DNA from: the human T2T-CHM13v2.0 reference genome, Homo sapiens
Reading direction: 5' to 3'
DNA length: 64,000 nucleotides
Assembly (NCBI GenBank): GCA_009914755.4
Contig: CP068257.2
Coordinates: forward strand, 6,848,001-6,912,000
In this document: piece by piece, positions 33,355 through 49,589 of the stretch
Position numbering within the stretch: the stretch's first letter is position 1
How the letters are laid out: each line of letters begins with the position of its first letter
Program-made: the position numbers and the translations under genes
The notes under the pieces: model-generated
What the model was told of the DNA's origin: nothing
The model's input: only the letters and a program-made list of their open reading frames with translations
Database searches by the model: none

Positions 33355-35455
33355 ATACATGTTTTTTAAATGAAGAAGAATTTCAAAGCTACTCTGCTTG
33401 GGACAAGAATCAAATATATAAACTGAGGAATAAAACATAACCATGAAACATATTTATAACTGCATATGGAAAATACAGAGGATAATTTTTTAAATAACAT
33501 ATTTTGAAAGCATTAACTAGTAATTTGAAGAGTTGGCATTTGAAAGGCCCGTATGAATATACCTTCAAAGCAGCAACACAGGTTCCCCATGAGAAAAATC
33601 AAACTCAGGGAAAATAAAACCACAAGGGTTCACTCTGTTCTGACCTTTGAAAAACACAGCACAGACAGTGGCCCTTAGGACCAAGAGCAGGAGATCCCTA
33701 ATCCCGTCACCACGGCGATAGGGCACAAACATTGCAGGGTGAGGGCACAATCCACATTGTGAGGTCCAACTGCTGCCGGGAAGACAGGAGTGCTTTTACA
33801 TAGACCCAAAGGTCATTGAAGGCTCAGTGTTTTGTTTCAAAAACTGAATCCCAAGCCCACACATTACTATGCTGCGCTTCTTAAAACAAGTTATGAGATG
33901 GGAAATAGGGCACCCACAAATATATCTATACATTATGTATATAATAATATATAGAATCATATATATAATATATGTAACATATATATATAATATTCTTTTA
34001 CACCCTGCATCTTACATTATGTATATTATATGTAATATAATAATTGAAAGTATATAAGTATAATATTTATACAATATGACATATAATAATTATATTTTAT
34101 GACATATATAATATATATTCTATATCATATATAGAATATATTATATGGTTAATATACGTACTAAATATATAATATACATTATATGTATTATATATATTAT
34201 ATCTACGTTATATATAACATACCTCATAGATAATATATATGATATCTCTGTTATATATAATATAAAATAACATAAAAAAATATATAATTGTATATATAAA
34301 ACATGACATATAATATATATTATATTTTATGACATATATAATACATATTATATATTATATATGTAATACGTTGTATGTATGATGCATATATTAAATATAT
34401 ATGATATGTCTACGTTATTAATTATATGTAATATATGTTATGTATTATATATTTTACATGGAATACACATGTTACATATAATTTATACTATGTTACCTAT
34501 AACGTATAATTTATTATATATAATATAATATATGTCATAAGTTATATGTAATTTATAATATACAGTATGTGGAATGTGATATATATGACATGTAATATAT
34601 GATATGTAACATACAATATATCATATATAACATACAATATATGATACATAATATATATGGTATACAAAATATATTTTATGATATATATTATATATGTTTT
34701 ATATTATATTACATATATCTATTTAAAATTATATATAACGGTATAATATTATACGTAAATATATAATATATATGACTATATATGAAGTTATATATAACTT
34801 TATTACATACTTTACATAATACATCATAATATAATGCATATGTTATATTATTTTATATTACATAATATATATTACATATCACATAATGTATACTACCTAC
34901 ATAATATTAAAATATATATTATAATATGATATATTAAATATCATATATATTATGTATCCTATATTGTATAATATACATTATATATTATATAACATGTATG
35001 TTGTCTATCATATTATATATATAATTATATATGATTATATTGTCATACATATAACGATATAAATATGTAATTATATATATCATTATTTATATTATATGTA
35101 ATTATATAATCATGTTTAATTATTTATATTTTATAAATAATTATATGATTTTATAAATTATAATATATATAAATTATACTATGTAATAAAAATATATATA
35201 TTATAGATCATATATGATATAGTATATATGTTACATATCATATTATATAGAAATATATGTTATGTTATATACAATTATATAATTTCATATATAAGATGTA
35301 TAATATGTATTATCTATTATATATGTTATGTAATATATATAATGTAAATAAGCTGACACAGGATAAATATTAAATATTATGATATATAATATATTTGAGG
35401 TTATATATTACATATAAAGCATATTACAAAACATATAATATATATCATGTATAAT

Positions 35456-35748
35456 TTCTTTTTAGACAGAGCCTTGTCCTGTTGCACAGCGTGGGGTACA
35501 ATGGCGCCATCTTTACTCACTGCAACATCTGCCTCACGGGTTCAAGCGATTGTCCTCCCTCAGCCTCCCAGGTAGCTGGGAGTACACCACACTGGGACTA
35601 CACCAGCTGCCACCATGCCTAGCTAATTTTTTGGATTTTTAGTAGTGACAGCGCTTCACTGTATTGGCCAGGATGGTCTTGATCTCTTCACCTTGTGATC
35701 CCCTTGCCTTGGTCTCCAAATTTCCTGGGATTACAGGCCTGAGCCAAG
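35456..35748 (-). mobile_element. Alu-derived segment of HSat1B unit 11 (variant 'ataatttctttttagacagag')
   Basis: Same antisense Alu sequence. The poly-T is shortened and interrupted in this diverged distal unit. Confidence 0.85.
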
Positions 35749-37844
35749 ATACATATTTTTTAAATGAAAAAGAATTTCCAAGCTACTCTGCTTGGGACAA
35801 GAATCAAATATATAAACTGAGGAATAAAACATAACCATGAAGCTTATTTATAACTGCATATGGAAAATACAGAGGATAATTTTTTAAATAACATCTTTTG
35901 AAAGCATTAACTAGTAATTTGAAGAGTTGGCATTTGAAAGGCCCGTATGAATATACCTTCAAAGCAGCAACACAGGTTCCCCATGAGAAAAATCAAACTC
36001 AGGGAAAATAAAACCACAAAGGTTCACTCTGTTCTGACCTTTGAAAAACACAGCACAGACAGTGGCCCTTAGGACCAAGAGCAGGAGATCCCTAATCCCG
36101 TCACCACGGCGATAGGGCACAAACATTGCAGGGTGAGAGCACAATCCACATTGTGAGGTCCAACTGCTGCCAGGAAGACAGGAGTGCTTTTACATAGACC
36201 CAAAGGTCATTGAAGGCTCAGTGTTTTGTTTCAAAAACTGAATCCCAAGCCCACACATTACTATGCTGCGCTTCTTAAAACAAGTTATGAGATGGGAAAT
36301 AGGGCACCCACAAATCTATCTATACATTATGTATATAATAATATATAGAATCATATATATAATATATGTAACATATATATAATATTCTTTTACACCCTGC
36401 ATCTTATATTATGTATATTATATGTAATATAATAATTGAAAATATATAAGTATAATATTTATACAATATGACATATAATAATTATATTTTATGACATATA
36501 TAATATATATTCTATATCATATATAGAATATATTATATGGTTAATATACGTACTAAATATATAATATACATTATATATATTATATATATTATATCTACGT
36601 TATATATAACATACCTTATAGATAATATATATATGATATCTCTGTTATATATAATATAAAATAACATAAAAAATATATAATTGTATATATAAAACATGAC
36701 ATATAATATATATTATATTTTATGACATATATAATACATATTATATATTATATATGTCATACGTTGTATGTATGATGCATATATTAAATATATATGATAT
36801 GTCTACGTTATTAATTATATGTAATATATGTTATGTATTATATATTTTACATGGAATACACATGTTACATATAATTTATACTATGTTACCTATAACGTAT
36901 AATTTATTATATATAATATAATGTATGTCATATGTTATATGTAATTTATTATATACAGTATGTGGAATGTGATATATATGACATGTAATATATGATATGT
37001 AACATACAATATATCATATATAACATACAATATATGATACATAATATATATGGTATACAAAATATATTTTATGATATATATTATATATGTTTTATATTAT
37101 ATTATATATAACTATTTAAAATTATATATAACTCTATAATATACGTAAATATATAATATATATGACTATATATGATGTTATATATAATTTTATTACATAC
37201 TTTACATAATATATCATAATATAATGCATATATTATATTATTTTATATTACATAATATATATTATATATCACATAATGTATGCTACATATATAATATTAA
37301 AATATATATTATATTATGATATATTAAATATCACATATATTATGTATCCTATATTGTATAATATACATTATATATTATATAACATGTATGTTGTCTATCA
37401 TATTATATATAATTATATATATGATTATATTGTCATACATATAACGATATAAATATGTAATTATATATATCATTATTTATGTTATATGTAATTATATAAT
37501 CATGTATAATTATTTATATTATATAAATAATTATATGATTTTATAAATTATAATATATATAAATTATACCATGTAATAAAAATATATATATTATATATCA
37601 TATATGATATAGTATATATGTTATATATCATATTATATAGAAATATATGTTATGTTATATACAATTATATATTTTCATATATAAGATGTATAATATGTAT
37701 TATCTATTATATATGTTATGTAATATATATAATGTAAATAAGCTGACACAGGGTAAATATTAAATATTATGATATATAATATATATGAGGTTATATATTA
37801 CATATAAAGCATATTACAAAACATATAATATATATCATGTATAA

Positions 37845-38138
37845 TTTCTTTTTAGACAGAGCCTTGTCCTGTTGCACAGCGTGGGGTACAATGGCGCCAT
37901 CTTTACTCACTGCAACATCTGCCTCACGGGTTCAAGCGATTGTCCTCCCTCAGCCTCCCAGGTAGCTGGGAGTACACCACACTGGGACTACACCAGCTGC
38001 CACCATGCCTAGCTAATTTTTTGGATTTTTAGTAGTGACAGCGCTTCACTGTATTGGCCAGGATGGTCTTGATCTCTTCACCTTGTGATCCCCTTGCCTT
38101 GGCCTCCAAATTTCCTGGGATTACAGGCCTGAGCCAAG
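37845..38138 (-). mobile_element. Alu-derived segment of HSat1B unit 12
   Basis: Same antisense Alu sequence, carrying the same variants as unit 11. Confidence 0.85.
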
Positions 38139-40250
38139 ATACATATTTTTTAAATGAAAAAGAATTTCAAAGCTACTCTGCTTGGGACAAGAATCAAATA
38201 TAAAAACTGAGGAATAAAACATAACCATGAAACTTACTTATAACTGCATATGGAAAATACAGAGGATAATTTTTTAAATAACATCTTTTGAAAGCATTAA
38301 CTAGTAATTTGAAGAGTTGGCATTTGAAAGGCCCGTATGAATATACCTTCAAAGCAGCAACACAGGTTCCCCATGAGAAAAATAAAACTCAGGGAAAATA
38401 AAACCACAAAGGTTCACTCTGTTCTGACCTTTGAAAAACACAGCACAGACAGTGGCCCTTAGGACCAAGAGCAGGAGATCCCTAATCCCGTCACCACGGC
38501 GATAGGGCACAAACATTGCAGGGTGAGGGCACAATCCACATTGTGAGGTCCAACTGCTGCCAGGAAGACAGGAGTGCTTTTACATAGACCCAAAGATCAT
38601 TGAAGGCTCAGTGTTTTGTTTCAAAAACTGAATCCCAAGCCCACACATTACTATGCTGCGCTTCTTAAAACAAGTTATGAGATGGGAAATAGGGAACCCA
38701 CAAATCTATGTATACATTATGTATAAAATAATATACAGAATCATATATATAATATATGTAACATATATATATAATATTCTTTTACACCCTGCATCTTATA
38801 TTATGTATATTATATGTAATATAATAATTGAAAATATATAAGTATAATATTTATACAATATGACATATAATAATTATATATTATGACATATATAGTATAT
38901 ATTATATATCATATATAGAATATGTTATATGGTTAATATACGTACTAAATATATAATATACATTATATATATTATATATATAATATCTACGTTATATATA
39001 ACAAACCTCATAGATAATATATATATGATATCTCTGTTATATATAATATAAAATAACATAAAAAAAATATAATTGTATATATAAAACATGACATATAATA
39101 TATATTATATTTTATGACATATATATAATACATATTATATATTATATATGTAATACGTTGTATGTATAATGCATATATTAAATATATATGATATGTCTAC
39201 GTTATTAATTATATGTAATATATGTTATATATTATATATTTTACATGGAATACACATGTTACATATAATTTATATTATGTTACCTATAACGTATAATTTA
39301 TTATATATAATATAATGTATGTCATATATTATATATATTTTATAATATACAGTATGTGGAATGTGATATATATGACATGTAATATATGATATGTAACATA
39401 CAATATATCATATATAACATACAAGATATGATACATAATATATATGGTATACAAAATATATTTTATGATATATATTATATATGTTTTATACTATAATATA
39501 TATAACTATTTAAAATTATATATAACTGTATGATATTATACATAAATACATAATATAATATATATAACTATACATTATGTTATATATAATTTTATTACGT
39601 ACTTTACATAATATATCATAATATAATGCATATATTATATTATTTTATATTACATAATATATATTATATATCACGTAATATATGCTACATACATAATATT
39701 AAAATATATATTATATTATGATATATTAAATATCGTATATATTATGTATCCTATATTGTATAATATACATTATATATTATATAACATGTATGTTATCTAT
39801 CATATGATATATAAAATTATATATATGATTATATTGTCATACATAAAACGATATAAATATGCAATTATATATATCATTATTTATATTATATATAATTATA
39901 TAATCATGTATAATTATTTATACTATATAAATAATTATATGATTATATAAATTATAATATATATAAATTATACTATGTAATAAAAAATATATATACTATA
40001 TATCATATATGATATAGTATATATGGTATATATCATATTATATATAAATATATGTTATGTTATATAGAATTATATATTTTCATATATAAGATGTATAATA
40101 TGTATTATCTATTATATATATTTTATGTAATATATATAATGTAAATAAGCTGACACAGGATAAATATTAAATATGATGTTATATAATATATATGAGGTTA
40201 TATATTACATATAAAGCATATTACATAACATATAATATATATCATGTAAA

Positions 40251-40544
40251 ATTTTTTTTTAGACAGAGCCTTGTCCTGTTGCACAGCGTGGAGTACAATA
40301 GCGCCATCTTTACTCACTGCAATATCTGCCTGACGGGTTCAAGCGATTGTCCTCCCTCAGCCTCCCATGTAGCTGGGAGTACACCACACTGGGACTACAC
40401 CAGCTGCCACCATGCCTATCTAATTTTTTGGATTTTTAGTAGTGACAGCGTTTCACTGTATTGTCCAGGATGGTCTTGATCTCTTCAACTTGTGATCCCC
40501 TTGCCTTGGCCTCCAAATTTCCTGGGATTACAGGCCTGAGCCAA
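40251..40544 (-). mobile_element. Alu-derived segment of HSat1B unit 13
   Basis: Same antisense Alu sequence, with further substitutions. Confidence 0.85.
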
Positions 40545-42624
40545 GATACATATTTTGTAAATGAAAAAGAATTTCAAAGCTACTCTGCTTGGGACAAGAA
40601 TCAAATATATAAACTGAGGAATAAAACATAACCATGAAACTTATTTATAACTGCATATGGAAAATACACAGGATAATTTTTTAAATAACATGTTTTGAAA
40701 GCATTAAATGATAATTTGAAGAGTTGGCATTTGAAAGGCCAGTATGAATACACCTTCAAAGCAGCAACACAGGTTCCGCATGAGAAAAATCAAACTCAGG
40801 GAAAATAATACCACAAAGGTTCACTCTGTTCTGACGTTTGAAAAACACAGCACAGACAGTGGCCCTTAGGACCAAGAGCAGGAGATCCCTAATCCCGTCA
40901 CCATGGCGATAGGGCATAAACATTGCAGGGTGAGGGCACAATCCACATTGTGAGGTCCAACTGCTGCCAGGAAGACAGGAGTGCCTTTACATAGACCGAA
41001 AGGTCATTGAAGGCTCAGTGTTTTGTTTCAAAAACTGAATTGCAAGCCCACACATTATTATGCTGTGTTTGTTAAAACAAGTTATGAGATGGGAAACAGG
41101 GCACCCACAAATATATATATATACATTATGTATACAATAATATATAGTATCATAAATATAATATATATAACATATATATAATATTGTTTTACATCCTGCA
41201 TCTTATACTACATATATTATATGTAATATAATAATTGATAATAAATATTATATTTATACAACATGACATATAATATATAATAATTTATGACATATATAAT
41301 ATATTGTATATATTATATATAGAATATATTATATGGTTAATATACGTATTAAATATATAATATACATTATATATATTATATATATTATATCTATGTTATA
41401 TATAATATACATTATATATAATGTATATATTATATCTATGTTATATATAATATAAAATAATATATAATAATATATAATTGTATATATAAAATGTGACATA
41501 TAGTATATATTATACTTTGTGACATATATATAATATATATTATATATTATATATATAATACGTTGTATGTAGAATACATATATTAAATATATATTATATG
41601 TCTATGTTATTAATTATATGTAATATACGTTATATATTATATATTTTACATAGAATATACATGTTACATATAATATATATTGTTACATATAATGTATAAT
41701 TTATTATATATAATATAATGTATGTCATATATTATATATAATTTATAATGTACAATATGTGGAATGTGATATATATAACATATAATATATGATATATGAT
41801 ATACAATATATGATATATAACATACAATATATGATACATAATATATATGGTATACAATATATATTTTATGTTTTATATCATATATGTTTTATATTATATT
41901 ATATATAACTATTTAAAATTATATATAACTGTATAATATTATATGTATATATATAATATAATATATATAACTATATATTATGTTATATATAATTTTATTA
42001 CATACTTTACATACTACATAATAGTATAATATATATTATATTACATTATTTTATATTACATAATATATATTATATATCACATAATATATGTTACATACAT
42101 AATATTGAAATATATATTATGACATATTAAATATCATATATATTATGTATCCTATATTGTATAATATATATTATATATTATATAATATGTATGTTGTCTA
42201 TTCTGTGATACATATAATTATATATATAATTATATTATTATGCATATAACTATATAAACATGTAATTATATATATTATTATTTATATTATATAAAATTAT
42301 ATAATCATATATAATTATTTCTATTTTATAAATAATCATATCATTATATAAATTATAATATATATAAATTATAATATGTAATAAATATATATATTATATA
42401 TCATATATGATATAGTATATATGTTATATATCATATTATATATAACTCTATATTATGTTACCTATAATTATATATTTTCATATGTAAGATGTATAATATG
42501 TATTATATATTTTATATGTTATGTAATATATATAACATATATAATATGACGTAGGATAAATATTATATATTATGACATATAATATATATGAGGTTATATA
42601 TTACTTATAAAGCATATTACATAA

Positions 42625-42942
<318 letters not shown>

Positions 42943-45021
42943 TACATATTTTTTAAATGATGAAAAATTTCAAAGTTACTCTGCTTGGAACAATAATGAA
43001 ATATATTAACTGAGGAATAAAACATAACCATGAAACATATTTATAACTGCATATGGAAAATACAGAGGATAATTTTTTAAATAACATGTTTTGAAAGCAT
43101 TAACTAGTAATTTGAAGAGTTGGCATTTGAAAGGCCAGTATGAATATACCTTCAAAGCAGCAACACAGGTTCCCCATGAGAAAAATCAAACTCAGGGAAA
43201 ATAAAACCTCAGAGGTTCACTCTGTTCTAACCTTTGAAAAACACAGCACAGACAGTGGCCCTTAGGACCAAGAGCAGGAGATCCCTAATCCCGTCACCAT
43301 GGCGATAGGGTATAAACATTGCAGGGTGAGGGCACAATCCACATTGTGAGGTCCAACTGCTGCCAGGAAGACAGGAGTGCTTTTACATAGACCGAAAGGT
43401 CATTGAAGGCTCAGTGTTTTGTTTCAAAAACTGAATCCCAAGCCCACACATTATTATGCTGTGCTTCTTAAAACAATTTATGAGATGGGAAACAGGGCAC
43501 CCAGAAATATATATATACATTATGTATATAATAATATATAGTATCATATATATAATATATATAACATATATATAATGTTGTTTCACATCCTGCATCTTAT
43601 ATTGTATATATTATATGTAATATAATAATTGATAATATATAAGTATTATATTTATACAATATGATATATAATATATATTATGTTTTATGACATATATAAT
43701 ATATATTATATATCATATATAGAATATATTATATGGTCAATATAAGTATTAAATATGTAATATACATTATATATAATACATATATTATATCTATGTTATA
43801 TATAATATAAAATAATATATAATAATATATAATTGTATATATACAATATGACTTATAATTATATATTATATTTTTTGACATATATAATATATATTATATA
43901 TTTTATATATATAATACATTGTATGTATAATACATATATTAAATATATATTATATGTCTATGTTATAAATTATATGTAATATATATTATATATTATATAT
44001 TATATATTTTATATACAATATATATGTTGTTCAACTTCTCCTTTTAAAGAAAAATGAGAAAAAATATCTCTAAAATCGAGGACAGGCAAGGAGAATGTCC
44101 CCCTTTGGGCACCCCTGCTTGTTTTATGTGTGATAATTATAGCACCTCTTCTTGCAAACATTTATGTAAAGTGAGGATTTTACTAAGGACGACCAACATC
44201 TAAGGTTCCCAAAGTGAAGAACTTTAAATATTCCCAACCTGGTCTTCTCGTATGCTAAATTAGAGAAGTTAGGTTTCTGCATCAAGGAAAATAAATGAGG
44301 GTTGTATTTTAGCTGGCACCTAAAAACATCCAAAATTAGAAATGATAAACTTATTTCTTTCCAGAAAGGTAACAACAAAATATTTGAAACTACCTCAGAA
44401 TTAAAGAAAAGTAGCAAAATCAGTTTCTAAAATCAGGAAACTGCGAGAAACTGTCTCTTCTTTTTCTTCTCCTAAACCTCTGCTTTCTAAACTTCCTTGC
44501 CTGGATGATTTCATTTTTTTTCTCTTTCTCCTCCCTGTATTCCTTCTTAAACCACAAAGGGTCCAGAAATAGCTACAGGAGAAGACAAAATAGTAGTCAT
44601 TTCTTTTAAAACAAAACCCACAGGATGAGTGGGTTCAAACATAAGATATACACCTTACACCAAGTCAGAATTAAATGCTCTGATGTTTGGATTTCCTGAT
44701 CTGACTCAAGACACCTTAGGTTTGCCAAGGAATTCCAAATAATGCTTAAGACCTATGATTCAGGGTTTTCAAACCAATATCAGCTAACTGATTTACTAGT
44801 CCTCCAAAACAAAGCCAAAGATTGCTACAAAGTAGTGAATTAGAAACAGCTTTAGCAGATTTTAACAAACTAAAGTGCAAATGGGAGAGAGAAGCGTAGG
44901 GAGTTTTGCAACTGCCTCTGTGGGAATTTACCACAGCTATTCCCCCTAATCCTATAGACTAGGCAAAATACAACAATGTAATACATACCCCAGCAAAACC
45001 ATACCTGATTATTATATCACA

Positions 45022-46965
45022 TTTATTTTTATTTTTTGTGGGTATACAGTAGTTGTGTGTATAAATGTGGTATATGAGATACTTTGATACAGGCATGCAA
45101 CATGTAACAATCACAGCATGGTAAATGGGGTATCCATCTCCTCAAGCATTTACTCTGTATTACAAAAATTGAATTATATGATTTCAGTTATTTTAAAAGG
45201 TACAACTAAATTATTATTGATTATAATAATTGTCAATTATTGACAATTGCAGTGTTGTGGTATCAAGTACTACTGTTGTGCTACCAGTACAAACTGTGTT
45301 ATCGGTACAAATACTACTGTTGTGCTATCAGCACAAATATCCTGTTGTGCAATCAAATAGTACCTCTACCTCTTATTCATTCTTTTTAACTATTTCTTGT
45401 ACCCATTAGCCATCTTCACTTCCCTCCATGGCCCTACCAAACTGCCCCCCTACTATGCTTCTCAGCCTCTGGTAACCATCCTTCTACTCTCTATCTCCAT
45501 TGAATTCAACTCAGTGGGATCCTTAGCGCCCATAAATAAATGAGAACATGCAAAGTTTGTCTTTCTGTGCCTGGCTTATTTCATTTAACATAATAACCCA
45601 CATCCATGTTGTTAAAAATGACAGAATCTCATTCTTTTTTTCTGGTTCCACTGTGTATACATACTACATTTTCTTTATCCATTCATCTGTTGATTGACAC
45701 TTACGTTGCTTCCAAATCTTGGCTATTTTCAACAATGCTGCAACAAACATGGGAATGTAGACATCTCTTCAACATACTGAGTTCCTTTCTTGTTAGTATA
45801 TACTTAGCAGTGAAATTGCTGGATTATATTGAAGCTCTAGTTTAGTTTTATGAGGAACCTCCAAGCTGTTTTCCATAGTGGTTGTACTAATTTACATTTC
45901 CACCAACAGTGTACCAGGCTTCCCATTTCTCCACATTCTCACTAGCATTTGCTGTTGCCTGACTTTTGGACATAATTCATTTTAATTGGGATAAGATGAT
46001 ATCTCATTGTAGTTTTGATTTGCATGTTTCTGATAATATAACTGCTTGCAATTCATATGCCTTCTTTTAAGAAAGGTTTATTGAAATATTTTGCCCATTG
46101 TAAAGATCAGATTACTAGATTTTTTTCCTATACAGTAGTTTGAGCTGCTTATCTGTTCTAGTTATTAATCTTTTGTCAGGTGAATAGTTTGCAAATATGT
46201 TCTCCTATTCTGTGGGTTGCCTCCTCACTTTATTGATCATTTCCTTTGACATACAGAAGATTTTTAACTTGATGTAACTTCATTTGTCCATATTTGCTTT
46301 GGTTGCCTGTGCTTGTGGGGTATTACTCAAGACATTTTTGCCAAGACCTGGAGAGACTTTCCCCAATGTTTTCTTGCAGTAGTTTTTTATTCGAGGTCTT
46401 AGATTTAAGTATTTAATCCATTTTGATTCGACTTTTGTATATGGCAAGAGTTGGGGTTATAATTTCATTCTTTTGCATGTAGATATCCAGTTTCCAAGCA
46501 TGATTTATTGAAGAGATTGTCTTTTCCCTAATTTAAGTTCTTGGCACCTTTGTTGAAAATGAGTTCAGTGAAAATGTATAAAATTTTTTTCTGGGTTATC
46601 TGTTCAATTCCATTGGTTTATGTGTCTATTTTTATGCCAGTACCAGGCTGCTACAGTTACTATAGCTTTGTAATATAATTTGAAGTCAGTTAATGTGATT
46701 CCTGCATTTAATCTGTGAATTGCTTTGGATAATATAGACATTTTAACATACTAACACTATCAATCCATGAACATGGAATATCTTTCAATTTTTGTGTCTT
46801 CAATTTATCTTATGATTGTGTTACAGTTTTTGTTGTAGAAATCCTTCACTCCTTTGGTTGATTTCTATGTATTTAGTTCTATTTGTGGCTATGATGAATG
46901 GTATTTCTTTTTAAATTCTTTTTCAGACTGTTCACTCTTGGCATATAGAAATGTTACTGATTCCT
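45022..46965 (-). mobile_element. LINE-1 fragment, older primate subfamily (L1PB/L1MA-like): 3' UTR and ORF2 3' portion, antisense. Left part, interrupted by an Alu
   Basis: Begins with antisense poly-A/ATAAA ('tttatttttattttttgtgggtatacagtag...gatactttgatacaggcatgcaacatgtaacaatcac...ggggtatccatctcctcaagcatttac'). Canonical antisense L1 strings follow: 'ccatagtggttgtactaatttacatttccaccaacagtgtacc', 'gtttgcaaatatgttctcctattctgtgggttgcc', 'atgccagtaccaggctgctacagttactatagctttgtaatataatttgaagtcag', 'ctttggataatatagacattttaacatactaacactatcaatccatgaacatggaatatc'. Confidence 0.85.
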
Positions 46966-47263
46966 GCCGGGCGCGGTGGCTCACGCCTGTATTCCCAGGA
47001 CTTTGGGAAGGTGAGGTGGGCACATCACGAGGTCAGGAGATCGAGACCATACTGGCTAACACGATGAAACCCCGTCTCTACTAAAAATACAAAAAAAAGT
47101 TAGTCAGGCGTGATGGTGGGTGCCTGTAGCCCCAGCTCCTCGGGAGGCTGAGGCAGGAGAATGGTGTGAACCCAGGAGGCGGAGCTTGCAGTAAGCCAAG
47201 ATTGCATCACTGCACTCCAGCCTGGGTGACAAAGTGAGACTCTGTCTCAAAAAAAAAAAAAAA
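46966..47263 (+). mobile_element. Alu (full length, + strand) inserted into the L1, with ~9-10-bp target-site duplications
   Basis: 'gccgggcgcggtggctcacgcctgtattcccaggactttggg...gcactccagcctgggtgacaaagtgagactctgtctcaaaaaaaaaaaaaaa'. The flank 'gttactgatt' lies immediately 5' and 'tctactgatt' immediately after the poly-A. L1 sequence continues in register on both sides. Confidence 0.92.
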
Positions 47264-48150
47264 TCTACTGATTTTTATATATTGATTTGTATCCTGAAAC
47301 TCTACTGAATTTATCAGTTCTAGTAGTTTTTTGTGGAGTCTTCAGGTTTTTTACAAATATAAGATTATATCATCTGCAAAACAAAGATAATTTGTCTTCC
47401 CTTTAGATGCCCTTTATTTCTCTCTCTTGTCTGATTGCTTTTGCTAGGACTTCCGGTACTGTGGAGAATAACAGTGGTGAAAGTAGGTATCCTGGTCATG
47501 CTCCAGATCTTAGAGAAGGGGATTTCAGTGTTTCCCTTGTCAGTATGATACTAGCTGTGGGTATGTCATATATGGCTTTCATTATGTTAATAATGTTCTT
47601 TCTCTACCCAGGTTTCTGAGGGTTTTTAATCATGATGGGATGTTGAATTTTATCAAATGCTTTTTTAAAATACCTTAATTTAAATGATTATATAATCTTT
47701 TCCCTCATTTTGGTGATGTGATGTATCATTTGGATTGATTTGCAACCATTCTTGCATCCTTGTGATAAATCACACATGATCATGAAGAATGATATTTTTA
47801 ATGTATTGCTTAAAGGTTTGCTAGCATTTTGTTGAGGATTTTTGCATCAATATTAATTGGAGATATTGTAGTTTTCTTTTTTTAAAGTGTCTTTGATTTT
47901 GGTATAAAGGTAATTCTGGTGTTATAGCATGAGTTTGGAAGTATTCCCCATCTGTATTTTGTGGAATAGTTTCAGTAGGATTGGTATTAGTTCTTTAAAT
48001 ATTTGTTAGAATTCAGTAGTGAAGCCATAGAATATTGGGGCTTTTCTTTCCTGGGAGACTTTTTATTACAGCTTTGTTCTCATTATTTGTTATTGGTCTG
48101 TTCATGTTTTGTATTTCTTTGTGTTTCAATTTTGGTGTGTTTCTTGGCCC
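47264..48150 (-). mobile_element. LINE-1 fragment (continuation of the same antisense L1, ORF2 region), 5'-truncated at ~48150
   Basis: Antisense L1 ORF2 strings: 'tatcctgaaactctactgaatttatcagttctagtagttttttgtggagtcttcagg', 'ctgcaaaacaaagataatttgtcttccctttagatgccctttatttc', 'gaattcagtagtgaagccatagaatattggggcttttctttcctgggagactttttattacagctttgttctcattatttgttattggtctgttcatg'. Confidence 0.85.
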
Positions 48151-48778
48151 TAGTCTGGTCCACTCAGACCTGCTCCATGCTCACCATCAGGCAGCTGGTG
48201 GTCCTTCTTGAGGAGTGAGTGCAGCAGGGACCAGTGGTTGGGCTGAAGCCCCTTCACCTCATGCGGACTTTCCAATACTCATTGAACTTCATGGTGAGGG
48301 ACAGAGGACCCACCCTGGCTCTCAGCGGGAGAGCAGGGAATTCTTGTTCAAGGAAGCCCCTGGGGCAGCCGCAGGAGGCAGCCCTTGGGAAAAAGTGCCC
48401 AAGGCCCCCCTCAACCGGCCATCCTGCCTCCTCTGCAGGACCTTCTCTTCCCCTCTTTCCCTCCCTCCTGAGGTGAAAAGGAGGGGAGGAGACCATGGAG
48501 CCCTCTGTGTCAGGGAAACCTGGCCCTTCCTTTTGAGCGTCCAGGGGACTCGCATGGGTCTCGCCCCTTCTCCAGGACCTGGAAGCTTCTCTCTCTGAAG
48601 AGCCCTGAGTTCCAGTCTCAAGTGCCTCGTTCCCCATTGCCTCCTGCTTCTCCTTTCATCCCCTCCCACCACCACTTGGGGCTCACACTCCCTGCCTTTG
48701 GGCTTCAAATGTTGTACTACGTGCTTGACCCACTAGCCTGCTTAATCTTCAAAATCACTCTATCAAAAAGACATTTAA

Positions 48779-49081
<303 letters not shown>

Positions 49082-49589
49082 TTAAAAAGCAAAATTGCCA
49101 AAATCATTCATTTAACCAATAAGATGAGCACCTACCTATCAGGGACAATAAAAATTTAAAGGTGCCAACAATTATGAAGGCAGTATTGAATTTACTTGAA
49201 ATATGAAGAACACCACATTTGGTGAATTTAGATAGGAACGCCAAGGAGATATTCCTAGGAATATCATTATATATGGAAAACACTGAAAAAAGACACTGCA
49301 GTGTTTGAGAAAATAATGGCCATAGAAAGAGATTTCATGGACCTTCCAGCTTATGAAAAAATCAACTGAAATTGCTCGACATTAGGTTAGAACATTAAAA
49401 AGGAAAATAAGCCATTATAGAAGGTGAGAATTGGAATAGGGGACAGGAATGACCCATTTCCCAGTCTCTGCCTAGAACAGGGCTGGGGAAAAATCTATGG
49501 TCATCACATTCACCATTGCATAAACACATATTCTTTCTATATGTCAGCAAGGAGCAAGTGCTACCAAGACAAGGCAAGGAAAAGGAATA

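Noticed and set aside
14374-40941. A 61-codon minus-strand ORF (MCPHPAMFVPYRRGDGIRDLLLLVLRATVCAVFFKGQNRVNPCGFIFPEFDFSHGEPVLLL) kept open in 12 consecutive HSat1B units, plus the MLRFLKQVMRWEIGHPQ... and MHTLNIYDM... ORFs
   Set aside because: Copy-to-copy conservation is explained by concerted evolution of the satellite array, not by purifying selection. The copies are not independent observations. The ORFs are short, lie partly in AT-rich low-complexity DNA, and lack any gene context. The differences between copies include non-synonymous changes at the same rate as elsewhere in the unit.
44026-45021. Possible additional interspersed repeat or gene fragment between the array end and the L1
   Set aside because: There is no recognisable repeat signature, ORF or splice structure that I can support from the sequence alone. 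It is left unannotated. RepeatMasker would settle this.
48215-48708. Overlapping 127/128-aa ORFs on both strands in a GC-rich segment
   Set aside because: ORFs are open in several frames and on both strands at once. This is typical of GC-rich non-coding DNA, where stop codons are rare. The peptides are P/G/R/S low-complexity. There is no splice or exon evidence.
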